A stretch of 63,238 nt of DNA, the filler included, from Octopus bimaculoides (lineage: Eukaryota): NCBI RefSeq assembly GCF_001194135.2. It is 6 parts of 4 records of this genome, joined end to end, with 100 filler letters (N's around TTAATTAATTAA, not from the genome) between each part and the next. Parts side by side here need not be neighbours in the genome. Positions count along the whole stretch, not along the records: positions 1 to 12,515 come from NC_068994.1; 5 more parts are not named here. One strand, given 5' to 3'. How positions within the stretch are numbered: position 1 is the first letter of the stretch; each line of letters opens with the position of its first letter. Of the stretch, positions 1-11,877 are shown piece after piece. The notes under the pieces were generated by a model that saw only the letters and a program-made list of their open reading frames with translations, had not been told where the DNA came from and searched no databases. The position numbers were made by a program, and so were the translations under genes.

Positions 1-32
<32 letters not shown>

Positions 33-99
33 AATACATACATACATATATATATATTATAATGGAGTATTTAGTGTGAAGGATTGCATAATATTACAT

Positions 100-1180
100 A
101 AAAAATATTTGTTGGGTAAGGCCGGAATAATGCGAGATGAGATATAAACGAAACTATTAAAGGGAAACAAAACGAAGATGGAATTTTACCTTGTATTTCT
201 ATATTTCAGGGTTATAACCCCTTCTTCGGGACATGTAGACAAGCGAGAGATGGGAAAAGGTCGTTGCCAAGTTGTATGGGGAGGAAAGTGATATGTGCAG
301 ACTGTTGTTGCTATGGTAACCAGTCTACTTCATGTAGCTCTTTTCTCTTATTTTATAGGTAGTCTTAGTTTGATAATAAGGAGGGGGGCACTATGATGCG
401 GAGATTGCCTGTGTTGGATTGAGTGGCCATGATGGATACTGTGAAATCCTAGGTCTGACATTTTGTAGGTGTTTTTTAATTGAAGTCTCTGTGCACATAC
501 GTTCCCTGAGTCAAACGTGCAGTTTCTTGGCAGTGCCCACCAATGTAGAATATAGTGCAGACTATCTGGTATGCTACATAGATCATCGAGTACATTTTGA
601 GGTCTTTGATGGAGAAATTAGGTACTGAGCACGCAACAGCACTATCTGTGGTATTATTCCTAAACAGTAATATCCTCTGGGATGGACTGGTGTGCATTAT
701 CTGCATGTTAAGTTCCTCCCTAAGGACTGCATGTTGTGCATGAGGTCCGTTAAGGGAAATGGAGCCGTTTAAGGAAACACATGTCAGACTTGGGAGTATG
801 AGTCCTCTTATGTGCTTTACTCCCTCTGGTGTTGTTTAAACGCAGTTGTTTGTCTAAAGATGGTGGATAGCCGTTGTGTATTAAGTTCTTTAAAAAACCG
901 CTTGGTGTTGGAATCTTTGTCGGTTGTGTCACTACATTTATCGCTTATGTGAGCGATTTTGTTTCGTATACATGCGACTTCGACTCTGGTGAGCAGAGCT
1001 GACTCCTAGTGCACGAGCAAGTTCTTAGAGGCAGCTTTTTTGTAAAAGTTGGTGCAGATGGAACTTTCCTCCGTTATCCTGAGTTGAAAAAGTTGGAAAT
1101 CAAACAGAGAGAGGGTTCCAGATTCGTCTGAGTGTTCTGTTGGTTGGAGCTATAATTTGTGAGAGCAATCAAACAGATGG
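100..1180 (-). mobile_element. Degraded Penelope-like retroelement 3' part (RT thumb to GIY-YIG region plus pLTR-like end)
   Basis: Minus-strand fragments ICTNFYKKAASKNLLVH, LIHNGYPP, HTPKSDMCFLK and IKKHLQKCQT match the PLE C-terminus and the copy at 16930-17680 (HTPKSGTCFLK, VKKHLRKCQT). Many stops and frameshifts. Confidence 0.75.
307..320. promoter_or_regulatory. RFX X-box motif inside PLE end
   Basis: GTTGCTATGGTAAC matches the X-box consensus GTNRCC/YN0-3RGYAAC. Function untested. Confidence 0.5.
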
Positions 1181-1254
1181 AAGAAACTACTCAAGGGGAT
1201 CGTACGTACTTGTAATTCAAAAGGTATTATCTTATTGCACACAGATTCGGTCAT

Positions 1255-1520
1255 CTCACTGCCTTACCTGTATGCCATTTCACTGTCCTATATGTATGTC
1301 AACTCGCCGCCATATAATATGTCAATTCATTCCCTTATACTTATGTCAATTTTCCGCCTTATATGTATATCAACTCACTACCTTATATTGTATGTCAATT
1401 CTCTGCCTTATATGTGTCAACTCACTGCTTTATATCAATTCACCGCCTTATTTGTATGTATGCTCCTATGTATGTTTCTATTCCTTGCCTTATGCCTATG
1501 TCAACTTACTGCTTTATATG
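1255..1520. repeat. Degenerate ~22-25 bp minisatellite
   Basis: About 10 imperfect units of TATGTCAACTCACTGCCTTATA(T). Confidence 0.8.
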
Positions 1521-2276
1521 TATGTGTCTATGTATGTGTTTTTCCATACTTTTTTTTTCATAATGTTCACTTCATTCCAAATATTAATCATTAGACCCTA
1601 GTACATAACCACCGGAGAAAAACAAATGCTTGTGGAATTAGTGTCTAAATATACTGGATTCTCTTCAGAATTTTCTAGTTGAATTTTTTTTAATAATGTT
1701 GTACACAATCGTTCTGCTTTCTGTTAAGATTGTGAATATTGCTGACCTAGTGTTTTTAAGCTCTCTAGTTTCAGTAACTGGAATAGCTGGATCTTTTGCT
1801 AGGTACAGTGATTGCAGCAATTTCCGGCAAAATATAGGATCAAACCCTATTATCAAAATGTTTTAGTGGTATTTGTTTTACAGCATTTAACAGGATTTAT
1901 TTATCAAAAGTTGTTTGACACATCTCCATACTCCCTTCTTATCATACTTGGATCCACTATATTTGTTGGAGGAACTGATTAAAACAACTTGTGTAAAGTG
2001 ATGTTTGCAAATAACAAAACTATAGGTATCTACCAAGTGTTTTCTTTCTTGGCTAGACAAACCATGATTTAATGTCGATTTGACTTTACACGCATTTGTT
2101 TTAAAACAAGTATGTTGATGAAAGTTTCAAATGGTATGCAGCTTGTGATTTAAAAGCAGGCTTGCGGTTAAAACTGGCTTCTTAAAGTAGTCTTTTATCG
2201 AGAACGAAGTGTTAAACTCAATGTTATTTCATTACGTGTCACATATACAATAAGCGTTACCAAAGTCTTCTTTCAG

Positions 2277-2380
2277 AATGATAATAGCTGTATACAAACA
2301 AATAGTGATTGCCCAATGCGTGTCGACATATTTTCATGTAGACTCTAGTGATATCAATGCTAACTTGCAATATGCAAGTG
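2277..2380 (+). CDS. Candidate upstream exon of + strand gene (MIIAVYKQIVIAQCVSTYFHVDSSDINANLQYAS)
   Basis: Acceptor gtcttctttcag, open frame from ATG 2278, donor GTG|gtaagt, ends in phase 1. Confidence 0.4.
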
Positions 2381-2507
2381 GTAAGTTATTAAGCTACTTT
2401 CAGCAAAAAATTTTTGTTGTTTCCTAATAGTTTAGAGAAATTTGAACCTACGGTTTAAATTTAGCTTAAGGTTGTATATACTCTACATATGTTCTTTGTT
2501 CAATCAG

Positions 2508-2539
2508 CTTCCTTCAAAAAATTAAGAGATGGTGATGGT
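2508..2539 (+). CDS. Candidate small exon (ASFKKLRDGDG)
   Basis: Acceptor gttctttgttcaatcag, donor GGT|gtaagc. Phase 1 to 0 links 2277-2380 with 3541-3637. Confidence 0.3.
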
Positions 2540-3540
2540 GTAAGCAATGAGGTCGGTGATTTGTTTATTCTATTATTGCTGTCTTTTGTAGTTTGGGATG
2601 ACTTTTGAAAATTCACACAGCAGCAATTAGAATAACAAATGCTCTCGGTGACAGCCTTTATATATATTTTTAAAAAAAATTTTCGCAACGAAAGACAGTT
2701 GTCGATGTTGTTTAACTATCAAAATGGTTGTCCCAGTATTTCTTTAAGAAAATTAACTTTGCCCCAGTATTTCTTTAAGAGCTTTATACAGCCGACAGAA
2801 TGGATTTTGAATTTTTTGACAGGACGAGAATAAATCAAGATTTCAGTGCAAAGATCAAGTGAAGTTAGAAGAATACTCGCGCCATCTTAACGCACACAGC
2901 AGACTTTCGTTAATGTTCTTAAAAGGTTGTTAGTATGTCATATAAGATGAATGTCAGAATCTGTGCAGTGTCAGTCAAAAAGCCTTGGCATATTGAGTTA
3001 CGTTTCTTTCTGTTCTGCGTTCACATCTCTTCAGTGTCAACTTTAACTTCCATTCTTTCGGAAATCGATAAAATATAGTACCAATCAAATACTGTTCTTT
3101 TCTCTAACGTTTGTGGTCTTATATCGATGTTACTCTAGTTTAATGTACCAGACTAATCAGAACAGTGGCTGAAGACTGCTAACCGAATGGTACACAAGTC
3201 ATGTAATCATCAAAGATGCAGTCCTGTTGTAAAGACCACAGTAATTATCAATTGCTAGCAAGTCTGAAGAAGTTAATGAAGGTCTGCGTCGACAAATAGT
3301 AAGCAGAGTGTATTCATAATATAGGATAAGTCAGTTTACCGTTGAGGAGAAAAACCGGACAGATGCTAAATTCACATAACATGAATACAGCATAAGTGAC
3401 GTTTATTTCCTTATCTGAGCCCCAACTAAACAACAGTAAACAAACTGCTCCTTTGTACCCACAGCACCTTTAACTGATTTTATTATTTTCTCTATGGATT
3501 AAACAAACTAAGTTTCTTTTGACTGCATTTTTTCAAATAG

Positions 3541-3637
3541 ATCAGCGTTAACGATGAAGACCAAGAACTGCTGAGCTATACACATAATGCGAGGCTGAAC
3601 GAAAGCGTTTTGTACTGCATGAATCAGGCGAGCGGAG
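3541..3637 (+). CDS. Exon A of + strand gene (ISVNDEDQELLSYTHNARLNESVLYCMNQASG)
   Basis: Acceptor gcattttttcaaatag, open frame, donor GAG|gtaaaa. Phase-1 end completes GAT with exon B. Resembles exon C (D.D.LL....N.R..E). Confidence 0.6.
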
Positions 3638-4149
3638 GTAAAACTTCATACTATACCTGTTTCAAATTATCTATGTTTCATGTTTTGAATTATTTGAATT
3701 TTGGCTGGGTGGAGATTTGCCATTGTTTTTATATTACCAACGGTTTTGTTAGTGAAATAGCTGCAAGCACATTTATAGGGGCCAATTTTTTTTTACCCCT
3801 TTTTTTTACTTGAGAATAGTTTTCTTCTGGGTTTTTTTTTAATGAAAAACAAGACGGCTCCTATTGGGATAAGTGACAGAATGTAGAAAGCACAAGCAAC
3901 ATCACAATAACAACCACCGTCACTATCATCACCACCCCCACCACCACCACCACCACCGNNNNNNNNNNNNNNNNNNNNNNNNNNNNNNNNNNNNNNNNNN
4001 NNNNNNNNNNNNNNNNNNNNNNNNNNNNNNNNNNNNNNNNNNNNNNNNNNNNNNNNNNNNNNNNNNNNNNNNNNNNNNNNNNATTACTACTACTACCTGT
4101 ATCATCACTGTTTCTACTAACAAAGGTGCGTTAGAACCAAAATAGCTCT

Positions 4150-5200
4150 TAAGCCTAGTGTTATTAGATAAGAACGCTATTTGCGAGAAGTCGCTAGCTG
4201 CAAGTGCTTGGTTGTAATAGGTGGCATGGTTATTAGATATTTCCTCGGTTGCGGATAGATCGGAGATTCTAATCGATACACCCTTAATAACTATTAAAAA
4301 TAGATTTATGGTGGTTGGAATGTATATTAATATATTTTAGGTATTCGTTAGGCTTATGGTAGGGAAAATATAAAGAAGAATTTAAATTTAATGTGACGTC
4401 TGGGAAATTAGCTATCTTATTAGTATTCTCGAAAGTAATAGCTAGGTTAAAGTTGGCACAGAACTCGTGTAAGGTCTTCCTGGTTTTCTCTAAGGCTGGT
4501 TTAGAGTGGCTCCTAGCAACCGGGTGAGCATCGTTCCTATATAAACTCCCATGGATAGCTAGAAAATAGATACGGAGTCACTGGAGGAGGTAAAGCCCCA
4601 CGAGATCTGTAACTTGTGCTGAGTCAGAGGAGCCCATTATTATGTTAAAGAAATTATGTGAAGCCCAGCACCAAAGTTTGTTATTAAAAGTAATCGGAGT
4701 CGTTCTAGCTGCTAGAATAACATCGATTTCTAGAAAAGTATGGTTAGTTATTTTACTTGCAAGAATAAGGGCTTTAAGGAGGATAGGAGAAATGGAGGCA
4801 TAATTCTGGAAAAGACGAATTGTTCTTGTTAAATAGGAAATGGAACCAAATCATTACTCCACCTGTGCACGACCACACGTAAACGTTCAGTTTCTTTTTA
4901 ACTATTGTTATTACTCTGTTCAAAATATTTTTACTAATTCGTTCAAGATCAGATTTAGTAGGGCAAAAAAAGTCACATTGGGTGTTTGGTAATGAAGTCC
5001 GGTTTTTGATCTTTGAGATTGAAATGTTGCATTTTGGGGTTATAAGGTTCCGTTCTCTCTCCAACTTCTAACTTGCGGACCAGTCTACAATGTTGACTAT
5101 TGATGGTATCGAGGGCAGACTTCGGGACTATTTTGTATGACTTATGCAGGTATTTTCTAATGAAATCCATATAATCCTCAGTAGTGAGTAAATATAAATT
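4150..5200 (-). mobile_element. Degraded Penelope-like reverse transcriptase
   Basis: Motifs LKDQKPDF, KSDLERISKNIL, IIMGSSDSAQVTDLVGLYLL, GSLYRND, FPDVTLNL and KPNEYLKYINIHSNH are characteristic of PLE RT. Stops and frameshifts present. Confidence 0.85.
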
Positions 5201-5649
5201 TCGTGTTTTATCAGAAAAGACGTGTGTTTTGGGCGATCCTGTAATTTGTCTTACTATTTTAGAGTTGTCTCTGGAATGTAGATTTGGATTTAGTGAATTT
5301 GGCTTTCTTTATCGATTCAAATTTGTCCAGCAGTGCGATGTAAGGAGGGTTTTTATAGGATTTGAGGTTATAATTACATTTATAGTTACATTTTCGTTGT
5401 CTTTATGCTTATGCTTATCATAGAAATAGGCTCACAATCGCATTCTCTCCATTAGGTCATTAGTCTTACTTAGCAGTAGTAATAAGAGATAAGTTTCCCG
5501 AGGTAGAACAGGTATGTCCTTCAAAGAGATACCGTGGAATTGTTTAACCATGTTGTGCACTACCTTCACTCTTCCCTCCCATTATTACCCAGCCTGTAGG
5601 TCTGATATAGGCTTTATTTGTCCCTTATCTATTTGTCTTTACACTTGCA

Positions 5650-6050
5650 CTCCCTAACCTCTTTGGACAAGAGTATCTCTCACTATACTGATTTGTATAT
5701 ATCTAATACAAAGCTCTAATCTGCCTATCTTTCTCTCTCCAGAATGTATTATATTCATTCCTCCTGCTAACATCCATTTTCCCTCGCTATGGCTTACTAT
5801 CAAACCATTCTCTCTGATCACTGATTTACCTAAGGAATAACCAATCTATCTGGATTTAATTGGATTTCTCTTCCCTTTCTAGACATAATGAACCACAACA
5901 TTGATGAGGAACTTTCTTCGACTGATACATATGTTTAACCTATCTTTTTCCAATAACAGAATACTCAACATATGGAATCTTCGCTCGACGTGATGTTTCA
6001 ATAACTGGGATATCCCAGAAACAGCTGTCATAGATCTTTTATTATATAGC
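5650..6050 (+). mobile_element. Very degraded CR1/L2-like LINE 3' end
   Basis: Fragments YKALI, LDLI and FSNNRILNIWNL resemble the CR1/L2 C-terminal FFS.RVVN.WN.LP motif. Confidence 0.4.
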
Positions 6051-6275
6051 TAAATTAATTGTCCTTACTAAGCCTTTGCAAACTATCTGCCTTTTCTTTA
6101 CTACTTTAACTTATAACCACCGACTCAAGAGGAAGCCATGTCTAGCCGCTTTCGATAAGGTAGTCACAAAACCACAGCTTCAACTGCAATTCAAACCGGG
6201 ATTTTAGTGATATGCCTATTTGAGCACTCAAAGGGCATACCTATTAGTCTGAGCCATCCTGACGAAAACACCTCG

Positions 6276-6281
<6 letters not shown>

Positions 6282-6351
<70 letters not shown>
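6282..6351. repeat. (AC)n microsatellite
   Basis: Pure AC tract. Confidence 0.95.
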
Positions 6352-6353
<2 letters not shown>

Positions 6354-8049
6354 CCCATGTTCCTGCCTTTAGGCTTTCACTTCATACACGCCAGCTCAAT
6401 TTTATTCGTTCTCAGTCGAAAGACGCCTGTTGTTATTTCTTGTTGTTTGTATTCGTAATTGTGCACCATGTTCTCCATTTTTTTTTGTTTATATGTTTTT
6501 GTCTTTGTTGCCGTACATATTCGCTAGCTCTCTTACAAAGGAGACTAATGCTCTTAGCTTAGACTTATTTGGGGGCAACCAGATCGAACCATCTCACGAG
6601 TAACTGCCCGAAATGGTCGTCACTTCCTGGGACTTGACTGATGAAAGAAAGCCAAGAATGACCCGTCTTTTTTTGCCTGTCCTTCTAATTGTTGTTTCTC
6701 TTGTCCGCCTTTGTGTCGTTTATCTGTCCGAACGTTTTAATGCCCTCTATTGCGTTTTTGTTCCATTTGTTTATATATATATATATATATATATATNNNN
6801 NNNNNNNNNNNNNNNNNNNNNNNNNNNNNNNNNNNNNNNNNNNNNNNNNNNNNNNNNNNNNNNNNNNNNNNNNNNNNNNNNNNNNNNNNNNNNNNNNNNN
6901 NNNNNNNNNNNNNNNNNNNNNNNNNNNNNNNNNNNNNNNNNNNNNNNNNNNNNNNNNNNNNNNNNNNNNNNNNNNNNNNNNNNNNNNNNNNNNNNNNNNN
7001 NNNNNNNNNNNNNNNNNNNNNNNNNNNNNNNNNNNNNNNNNNNNNNNNNNNNNNNNNNNNNNNNNNNNNNNNNNNNNNNNNNNNNNNNNNNNNNNNNNNN
7101 NNNNNNNNNNNNNNNNNNNNNNNNNNNNNNNNNNNNNNNNNNNNNNNNNNNNNNNNNNNNNNNNNNNNNNNNNNNNNNNNNNNNNNNNNNNNNNNNNNNN
7201 NNNNNNNNNNNNNNNNNNNNNNNNNNNNNNNNNNNNNNNNNNNNNNNNNNNNNNNNNNNNNNNNNNNNNNNNNNNNNNNNNNNNNNNNNNNNNNNNNNNN
7301 NNNNTATATATACATATCTTATGTTGCATAACCACAACCAAAAACTTAGAATATATCACAAACGACAGAATGATGACTCTCCACACCAATGAATCCACAA
7401 AGTGCCAATCCACAGAGCGTGTTTCAGACAACTTATATTATATTCCCATTTCAATGTAAAAATGAGTGTTGTAAGCTACAAGATTGATTCACATTGTTAT
7501 ACTAGACGCCGGTACAACACCCTCTCGTCAGTTATCCCAATCATGAGAATACATTATAAAATGAGACAGAGAAATAAAATATTAGTTGATAGCACTATCA
7601 TATATAGAAAAATACACTTAAACCCACACAAAACAGAGAAAACAAATATAGAAGGGTCTCTAATTGCAAAATACAAACCAAAATCAAGGCCTAAATATAT
7701 TACACAAAATATAAATCGTGAAATCTATTATTGTATAATGTTTAAATTCGGTGATGACAATTTTATCAGGTATAAGAGTATCCCAATGATTGTATACGGC
7801 TGTCAGCAAAGCGCGCAAAAAATAGTATTAATATTATGACTTTATTATGATGAAGAGGCTGTGAGGATTTTGACACATGATATTGAAATGCTGCTAATTT
7901 GAACTAAAAAGGAAATATGGACTAGAAAATATAAAAATTCTTAGTGAAAAAAATTAAACCCGAATATAGCCCGAGCTTAAAACGTCCGTGTGTGTATGTG
8001 TACATACAGAAAATGCTAACAAGTAATTTATTTATTTATCTATTTGCAG

Positions 8050-8279
8050 ATGTCATATGGACAGTGATTGTTTATGATGAGAAAGAACGCAGTGTTAATG
8101 CTACGTCAATAAGACTTATGGGCTCAACGAAGAGTGAGCAATTCTATCTTTTAAGTTATAAGGAATATGAGGAATATAACTCTTCTGGGTCGGAAGAAAC
8201 ATTTAGCATCTTCATTTCTGATATCGGAAGACTTGTTGGTATACAACTTAAGAAATATCATAGATTTCAGAATATTCAT
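8050..8279 (+). CDS. Exon B, divergent PLAT/LH2-like first part (DVIWTVIVYDEKERSVNATSIRLMGS...GSEETFSIFISDIGRLVGIQLKKYHRFQNIH)
   Basis: Acceptor tttatctatttgcag, donor CAT|gtaagt, 230 nt open, phase 1 to 0. The pattern V.V...I.L.G...G.EE.F.I...DIG.L..I.L resembles PLAT. Exon confidence is higher than domain confidence. Confidence 0.75.
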
Positions 8280-8783
8280 GTAAGTTATCGTCTGCTGATA
8301 TATTCACAGTTGTTATTATTTTTGTTTAGCTCCAGGTCAACCCTTTTGTGATCCGATACGTGATCAAATCAAAAGATGTCTAATCATGGTCATCATGTCC
8401 TTTACCAAACTATTATTATCTTAGACATGTCCTATTCTTTTACTTTAACTGGATGCAATTTCGCTGCTATATATAGCAAGACGAGCTACCGTGTAGATTC
8501 CCCTCAAAACTTCACCTCTTCACTGTTTATTCAACGACCTATACACTCATCTGCAATGTCTTTTTCCAATTTCCACATCATTTTCACATTTTCTAACTGA
8601 AACAAACACAATTAGCAAACTGCTAGTATTATTATTATTATTATTATTAATTCATTTATTTGCCACAAGTGCGAAGGATGAGGGGGACAACACAAAAACT
8701 GACATAGAGTGTGGGGGTTTACATATAATGAGCTAATGAAAAGAAAATGAAAAAAGAAAGTATATACGGTAAACAACAACAAC

Positions 8784-8852
<69 letters not shown>

Positions 8853-8899
8853 ATGCCGATACTGCATTATACCCAAAGTGCCGATACTGCAGTAGACAC

Positions 8900-9630
8900 A
8901 AATTGCTGATACTGCACATAATGGAAAAAAATGGAGTAGATCCAAAATTGAAGGAGTGGACTACCTAATCTCTGGGTGTAAGGTTTTAGCACCAGTAGAA
9001 TATAAATCTCTGTATGACAGAGTTGACCAATATCTACACTGGATAAATATGTTGGCATTATAAAATGAAATCTGCTGGCAAATGGTACAAGCACCGTCCT
9101 GAGGCTGTAACTGAGAGAGAAAAAAATGAAACGATTCTTTGAGACTGTTCAGTACATACATAACGGGCCATCAATGCTAATAAACCAGATATCGTTGTGA
9201 AAGACCAAAACAAAAACAAAACTCTGTTTATTGATTGACATGAGCATATTTTGTGATCATATCTCAGCAAAAGAATTTGATAAGCTTAGAAAATATAAAG
9301 ATCTGCTGATTGAAATCGTAAAAAATATGGCATCTCAAGACGGTTACAATACCAGTGATTGTAGGAGCACTTGGAATAATCAAAAAGGGAACAGAAAGTT
9401 ATCTAAGGATGATCCCTGGTTTACTATATATATATGCAGGAGCTACAAAAAATTTTCTTAACTGGTACGTGACACGTATTGAGAAGAGCATCATCGCTGT
9501 GAATTTTCTTTCCCCCTTTGCTTTCTTTTTTCAATTTTTTCTTTTATTCCTTCTTTCCCCTGTCCTTCTTCCCTTTTTTCTATCACGTGACTTTGTAAGG
9601 AACAATCTGGTGTGTTTATTTTAATGGCCT
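8900..9630 (+). mobile_element. R4/Dong-like LINE 3' fragment (CCHC knuckle, restriction-like endonuclease)
   Basis: LISGCKVLAPVEYK, KWYKH.PE, NKPDIVVKD, KYKDLLIEI and PVIVGALG. Follows an (AAT)n tract. Confidence 0.85.
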
Positions 9631-9729
9631 ATTAATGTATACAGTGAGTTTCTTTGCCCCAGGTGTTGGGAAGATACTCGGCAAGAAAGGGAAACAAAAT
9701 TGAATGACGATAATAACAATAATGATGGT

Positions 9730-10053
9730 GCCCTGGGAATGACAGCGAAACGGGCTGAGTACTACCTAGCTCAGATACCAGGAAACCCCAAAATGGCTGA
9801 AGTTCAAAAGATAGTGCTCATGGGAACTGCTCATATCCTACGTAAAATACTGTCTATGTGATCTCAAATTTTAAAGCAAACACATAATTTTCTTATGGTT
9901 TCTTAAACATCCTCGAGAACAACACTGTACAAATTCAAATATATGGTACCCTAGGCATAACACCTACATGAACTTCTAACTTGTTGTCTCTTGAGGTCTC
10001 TGGGTGAGACTTGGATCCAACTTGTACAAATGCAAAACAAAAGTCAAACATAA

Positions 10054-10090
<37 letters not shown>
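9730..10090 (+). mobile_element. R4/Dong-like LINE extreme 3' end with (AAT)n tail
   Basis: GALGMTAKRAEYYLAQIPGNPKMAEVQKIVLMGTAHILRKILSM*, then a 3' UTR nearly identical to 12616-12850. Confidence 0.85.
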
Positions 10091-10439
10091 TGTTTATAAA
10101 CTTCGATATCTTAGCTATGATAATTAGTCCCAACTTGCCGAAGATACTACTCTTACAAGCCCCACCCTCCCGCTCTTACTCGACTGTCAGCTATATCAAC
10201 AGTTTAACCAAACCACCTGTATTAGTAGTCACGAACCCACTCCTCCATTTAACGCCGCAGCATCACTAGCAGCAGCTAAACCAACAGTCGTGAATCTGCT
10301 ATCATTTGTTCTCAAAAGAAATCAGGGGAGACAATATTAGGACCCCTCTGACTTATACTAATAATATATTTATAGTAATTGTGAAACTATAGTAGTGAAC
10401 TACTAAATAATAAGTTTGGGATTATAGTAGTAATACTGA

Positions 10440-11395
10440 AATTATAATAGTGAACAATAATTACCCAGAATGATTAACAAGTGGCGTTGTGAAACTGTCG
10501 AGTCGTCGGCGACTAAACCGGCAACCCCACTAAGCTTGCTTGGTGAGGAGGGTGGATTTTCGACACCTTGTAGGACTAAAAACGAAACCCAGCAAAAGAC
10601 AGAGGAAGTTAAAAGAGTCAATGGCCATTCCGAAAACGGGTAGACAGAACTCGTAAGCCTTGGTTGGCAGTCTGTCTAGGAGAAGGAATACTCTGATTTC
10701 AAAACCGGGGTAGACAGCACTCCTTAGTCACAGTGGTCAAGCCTGACTCCTTCGCGAAACCAACAGGAGAAGTTTGGGAAAAGGCGAGTATCTGGCGCCT
10801 CCAAATAACCAGTGCTCAGGGTAGGCTGTACTCGTTATCCTTGGATGGCAGGCAACCTAGGAAAAGGAACACTCCAAACCCAAAACCAGGGGAGCAAGGA
10901 CCCTGCCTCTTTGGCGGACTATCATCATAGAGATGGTGTCTCGATAAAAATACTGGTTTGTAGTAACCTAAAAACATACCTCATTTGTGAGTGAAAATGC
11001 CAAGCAAAATAAATGACGATAGCAGTGTGAACGGGACTAGAACCAATGGTGAAGGTGCCGTACCCGCCAGGTTCCCCACTGTGCAGCAGGGTGGGTCCGG
11101 TCGTAATCCAATAACTGCTAGCCATACTACAAATCACAGTCCTTGTACTGGTAAAATTATGCAACGTGCTCGAAAACGCAAGTGGTCTGTTGATATGTAC
11201 CAAAAGGCGATCCAGTGCCATGAACAAGCCTGTCTAGACAAGAACAATGGTGAATGTAAAGCTGTCGGAAAAAGATCATTAGAACTTTTGAACCAGCTGG
11301 GTATGTTCCAGATTACTGAAAATGGACTTATGAATCAGATAAGCATAATTTGGAATAGAGGTCCAGATTCAGACAATCAGGGAAAGCCTCTGTAA
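10440..11395 (+). mobile_element. R4/Dong-like LINE 5' leader and truncated ORF N-terminus
   Basis: ORF 10991-11395 contains RKRKWS.DM...I.C..A...KRSLELLNQLGMFQITENGLMNQI, like the N-termini of RLE-clade LINE ORFs. Confidence 0.6.
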
Positions 11396-11533
11396 TTGTG
11401 AGAATCTCGAGGAGAATAACGTAGGTGAAAATCAGCGAATGCGTAGGTAAGGTGAAGTTGTAGTTGAGGAGAGGCCGGCCAATCAATATAATGTAGAAAG
11501 CCCTGAAATAAGAGAGGATATGACGGAGGAACA

Positions 11534-11570
<37 letters not shown>

Positions 11571-11577
<7 letters not shown>

Positions 11578-11756
11578 TCACTGTCTGGAATCGAACTCGG
11601 AATCTTGAGGTTAGTAGCTCGCACTCTTAACCACTACGCTATATGCACGTGGGCATAGGGCGTAGTGGTTAAGAGCGCGAGCATATGGCATAGTAGTTCA
11701 GAGCGCGGGCTACGAACCCCGAGATTCCGAGTTCGATTCCAGGCAGTGATCTGAAT
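11571..11756. mobile_element. Palindromic head-to-head tRNA-like (SINE-derived) fold-back element
   Basis: Right arm has an A box (GGCGTAGTGGTTAAG) and B box (GAGTTCGATTCC). Left arm is its reverse complement. Flanked by (TAT)n and (ATA)n. Confidence 0.85.
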
Positions 11757-11833
11757 AAATTAATAATAATAATAATAATAATAACACCGAAAAATACTTT
11801 AGGAATGAGAACCCAGGTTCAAAATTCCCCCAA

Positions 11834-11877
11834 GACACCTAATGAAAGCTGGAGGGTATATCAGCCGAAACATTATG
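11834..11877 (+). ncRNA. Degenerate minimal hammerhead-like motif
   Basis: acac-CTAATGA-a-agctg(gagggtatat)cagcc-GAAA-cat-t-atgt. Transitions from acac-CTGATGA...GAAACGT-T-gtgt. Probably inactive. Confidence 0.45.

Noticed and set aside
6638-6665. Hammerhead at CTGATGA near the PLE RT
   Set aside because: No convincing stem II, GAAA or stem III follows.
6613-7459. Long ORFs spanning N-runs (also 19583-20548, 35315-35974, 37514-38361, 43058-44376 and others)
   Set aside because: They are open only because N codons and dinucleotide repeats contain no stops.
7402-7839. 145-aa + ORF
   Set aside because: Pieces (MFKFGDDNFIRYKSIPM, SLIAKYKP) look like scrambled PLE remnants rather than a host exon, and there are no good splice sites.
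11655-11750. tRNA genes (also 35150-35232, 55405-55475)
   Set aside because: A/B boxes are present but there is no complete cloverleaf, and they continue into repeat bodies. These are SINE heads.
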